Shown in pieces: positions 36,402 to 37,648 of a stretch of 37,648 nucleotides of DNA. Numbering within the stretch: the first letter of the stretch is position 1; every line of letters starts with the position of its first letter. Position numbers and translations under genes: made by a program. This DNA comes from Squatina squatina. Its lineage: Eukaryota. The notes under the pieces are model-generated. The model saw only the letters and a program-made list of their open reading frames with translations, searched no databases and was not told where the DNA came from. Location: NCBI GenBank assembly GCA_031763465.1, contig JARFOE010000001.1:5228642-5266289 (forward strand). Direction: 5' to 3'.

Positions 36402-37648
36402 NNNNNNNNNNNNNNNNNNNNNNNNNNNNNNNNNNNNNNNNNNNNNNNNNNNNNNNNNNNNNNNNNNNNNNNNNNNNNNNNNNNNNNNNNNNNNNNNNNN
36501 NCTATAAGTCTATAATGCGACAGACAAGTGGAAATGACTAACATCACAGTGCACTTTGTTAAAAAGACCACTATTAACAAGGCCAGTGAATTATCAAAGT
36601 TTAGCATTTTCTTTGTATATTCTGAATCATCTGGGGAATTCCACAGATTAGTACCCATTTTAGAACTGTTTGGTGATGAAACCCTACCGTCCGTGGTTAT
36701 TTCCCAGTGGTACAGTAGAGTAGTTGTTTGGACGCAGCAGTCACCTTTCTTGGCTCTTCCATTGCTAGTACTGATAGACTAACTTGGTGACAAGCTGACT
36801 CATAACATCAAAACACCGTGTTGATTAAAATCAACTTAAAATCTCCCTATAATGGCTACATCTAGCCATGTTCCATCTTGCCTAAAACATGAGTCCTGTG
36901 AATCCACATGTGTTTCTAAGGCAACCATTAGCGATGGACTATAATGCAGCCAACATTATTTAAATTAGTTGTAGGATTTCCTAAAGGAGGATTCTCACTG
37001 ATTTTTTGAGTATAGCCCCTAGATTCCACACCATTGTTAGATCCTCACCATAATTTACTGTTTCAACAGTTAAATGTAAAAATAAAATGCTATGACTTAA
37101 TTGCAATAATAACTTGAAGATAGGTGTTTCCTAAAGGATTCATCACATCACCGGCCATTTAGTACAATGCAGCCTTAAGCCAAGGTGAATATCGGTGTTT
37201 TAAAACCCAACAGGAAATGTCAATCTTGGCATTTATTGTCACCTCACTAACGTACACTGTGCAACACATTTCATCAGAGAGAATTACTTTGCTTAGGTGT
37301 AATAAGCCTAGATGGTTAAACCACAAAAATTACACCATTGAAAGACTGGTTTCCCAAAATTAACATTCCCAAATAGACCCTAACTATAGCAAAATAGTTT
37401 ATCATAAAAGCTGTAAAATTAAAAAGTGCTTCTCCACAAATTCCTAATTATGACATTGCACACATTCTTTGTAATGCTGACTGCATTACTTGTACCAAGT
37501 CCGATACCACTGACATACATCACGTAATAGTTCATTTCCACAGGCAGCGATATGTTGTTCTTCTGCTGATCATGTATGTTTTTTCCTTACGTCCTGTAGG
37601 GTTTTGAAAAGGACTGCTCAATCATTAATCCTGCTAATTCGTAGTATA

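Overview
Vertebrate genomic DNA, most likely a cartilaginous fish judging by the repeat families (inference). It comes from a very fragmented scaffold: about 21 short contigs joined by nineteen 100-N spacers and one 10-N gap, so distances across gaps are meaningless. Host genes appear in the order known from human 4q32: one internal FSTL5 exon (-), NPY1R (-, two coding exons, nearly complete), the 5' half of NPY5R (+, head-to-head with NPY1R) and one partial TMA16 exon (+). The rest is intronic or intergenic DNA rich in decayed transposons. These include a near full-length Penelope element (RT + GIY-YIG), CR1 and L2 LINE fragments, PIF/Harbinger transposase and Myb/SANT gene remnants, hairpin MITEs, SINE-like repeats and a 49-bp minisatellite. 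I found no convincing new multi-gene system. The best leads are small-scale: a candidate 9-nt FSTL5 microexon between two outward-facing Harbinger-like ends, alternative acceptors and uORFs in the NPY1R leader, a stop-gating NAGNAG acceptor at NPY5R, and a segment captured inside a MITE. All gene and repeat names come from recalled motifs, not database searches.
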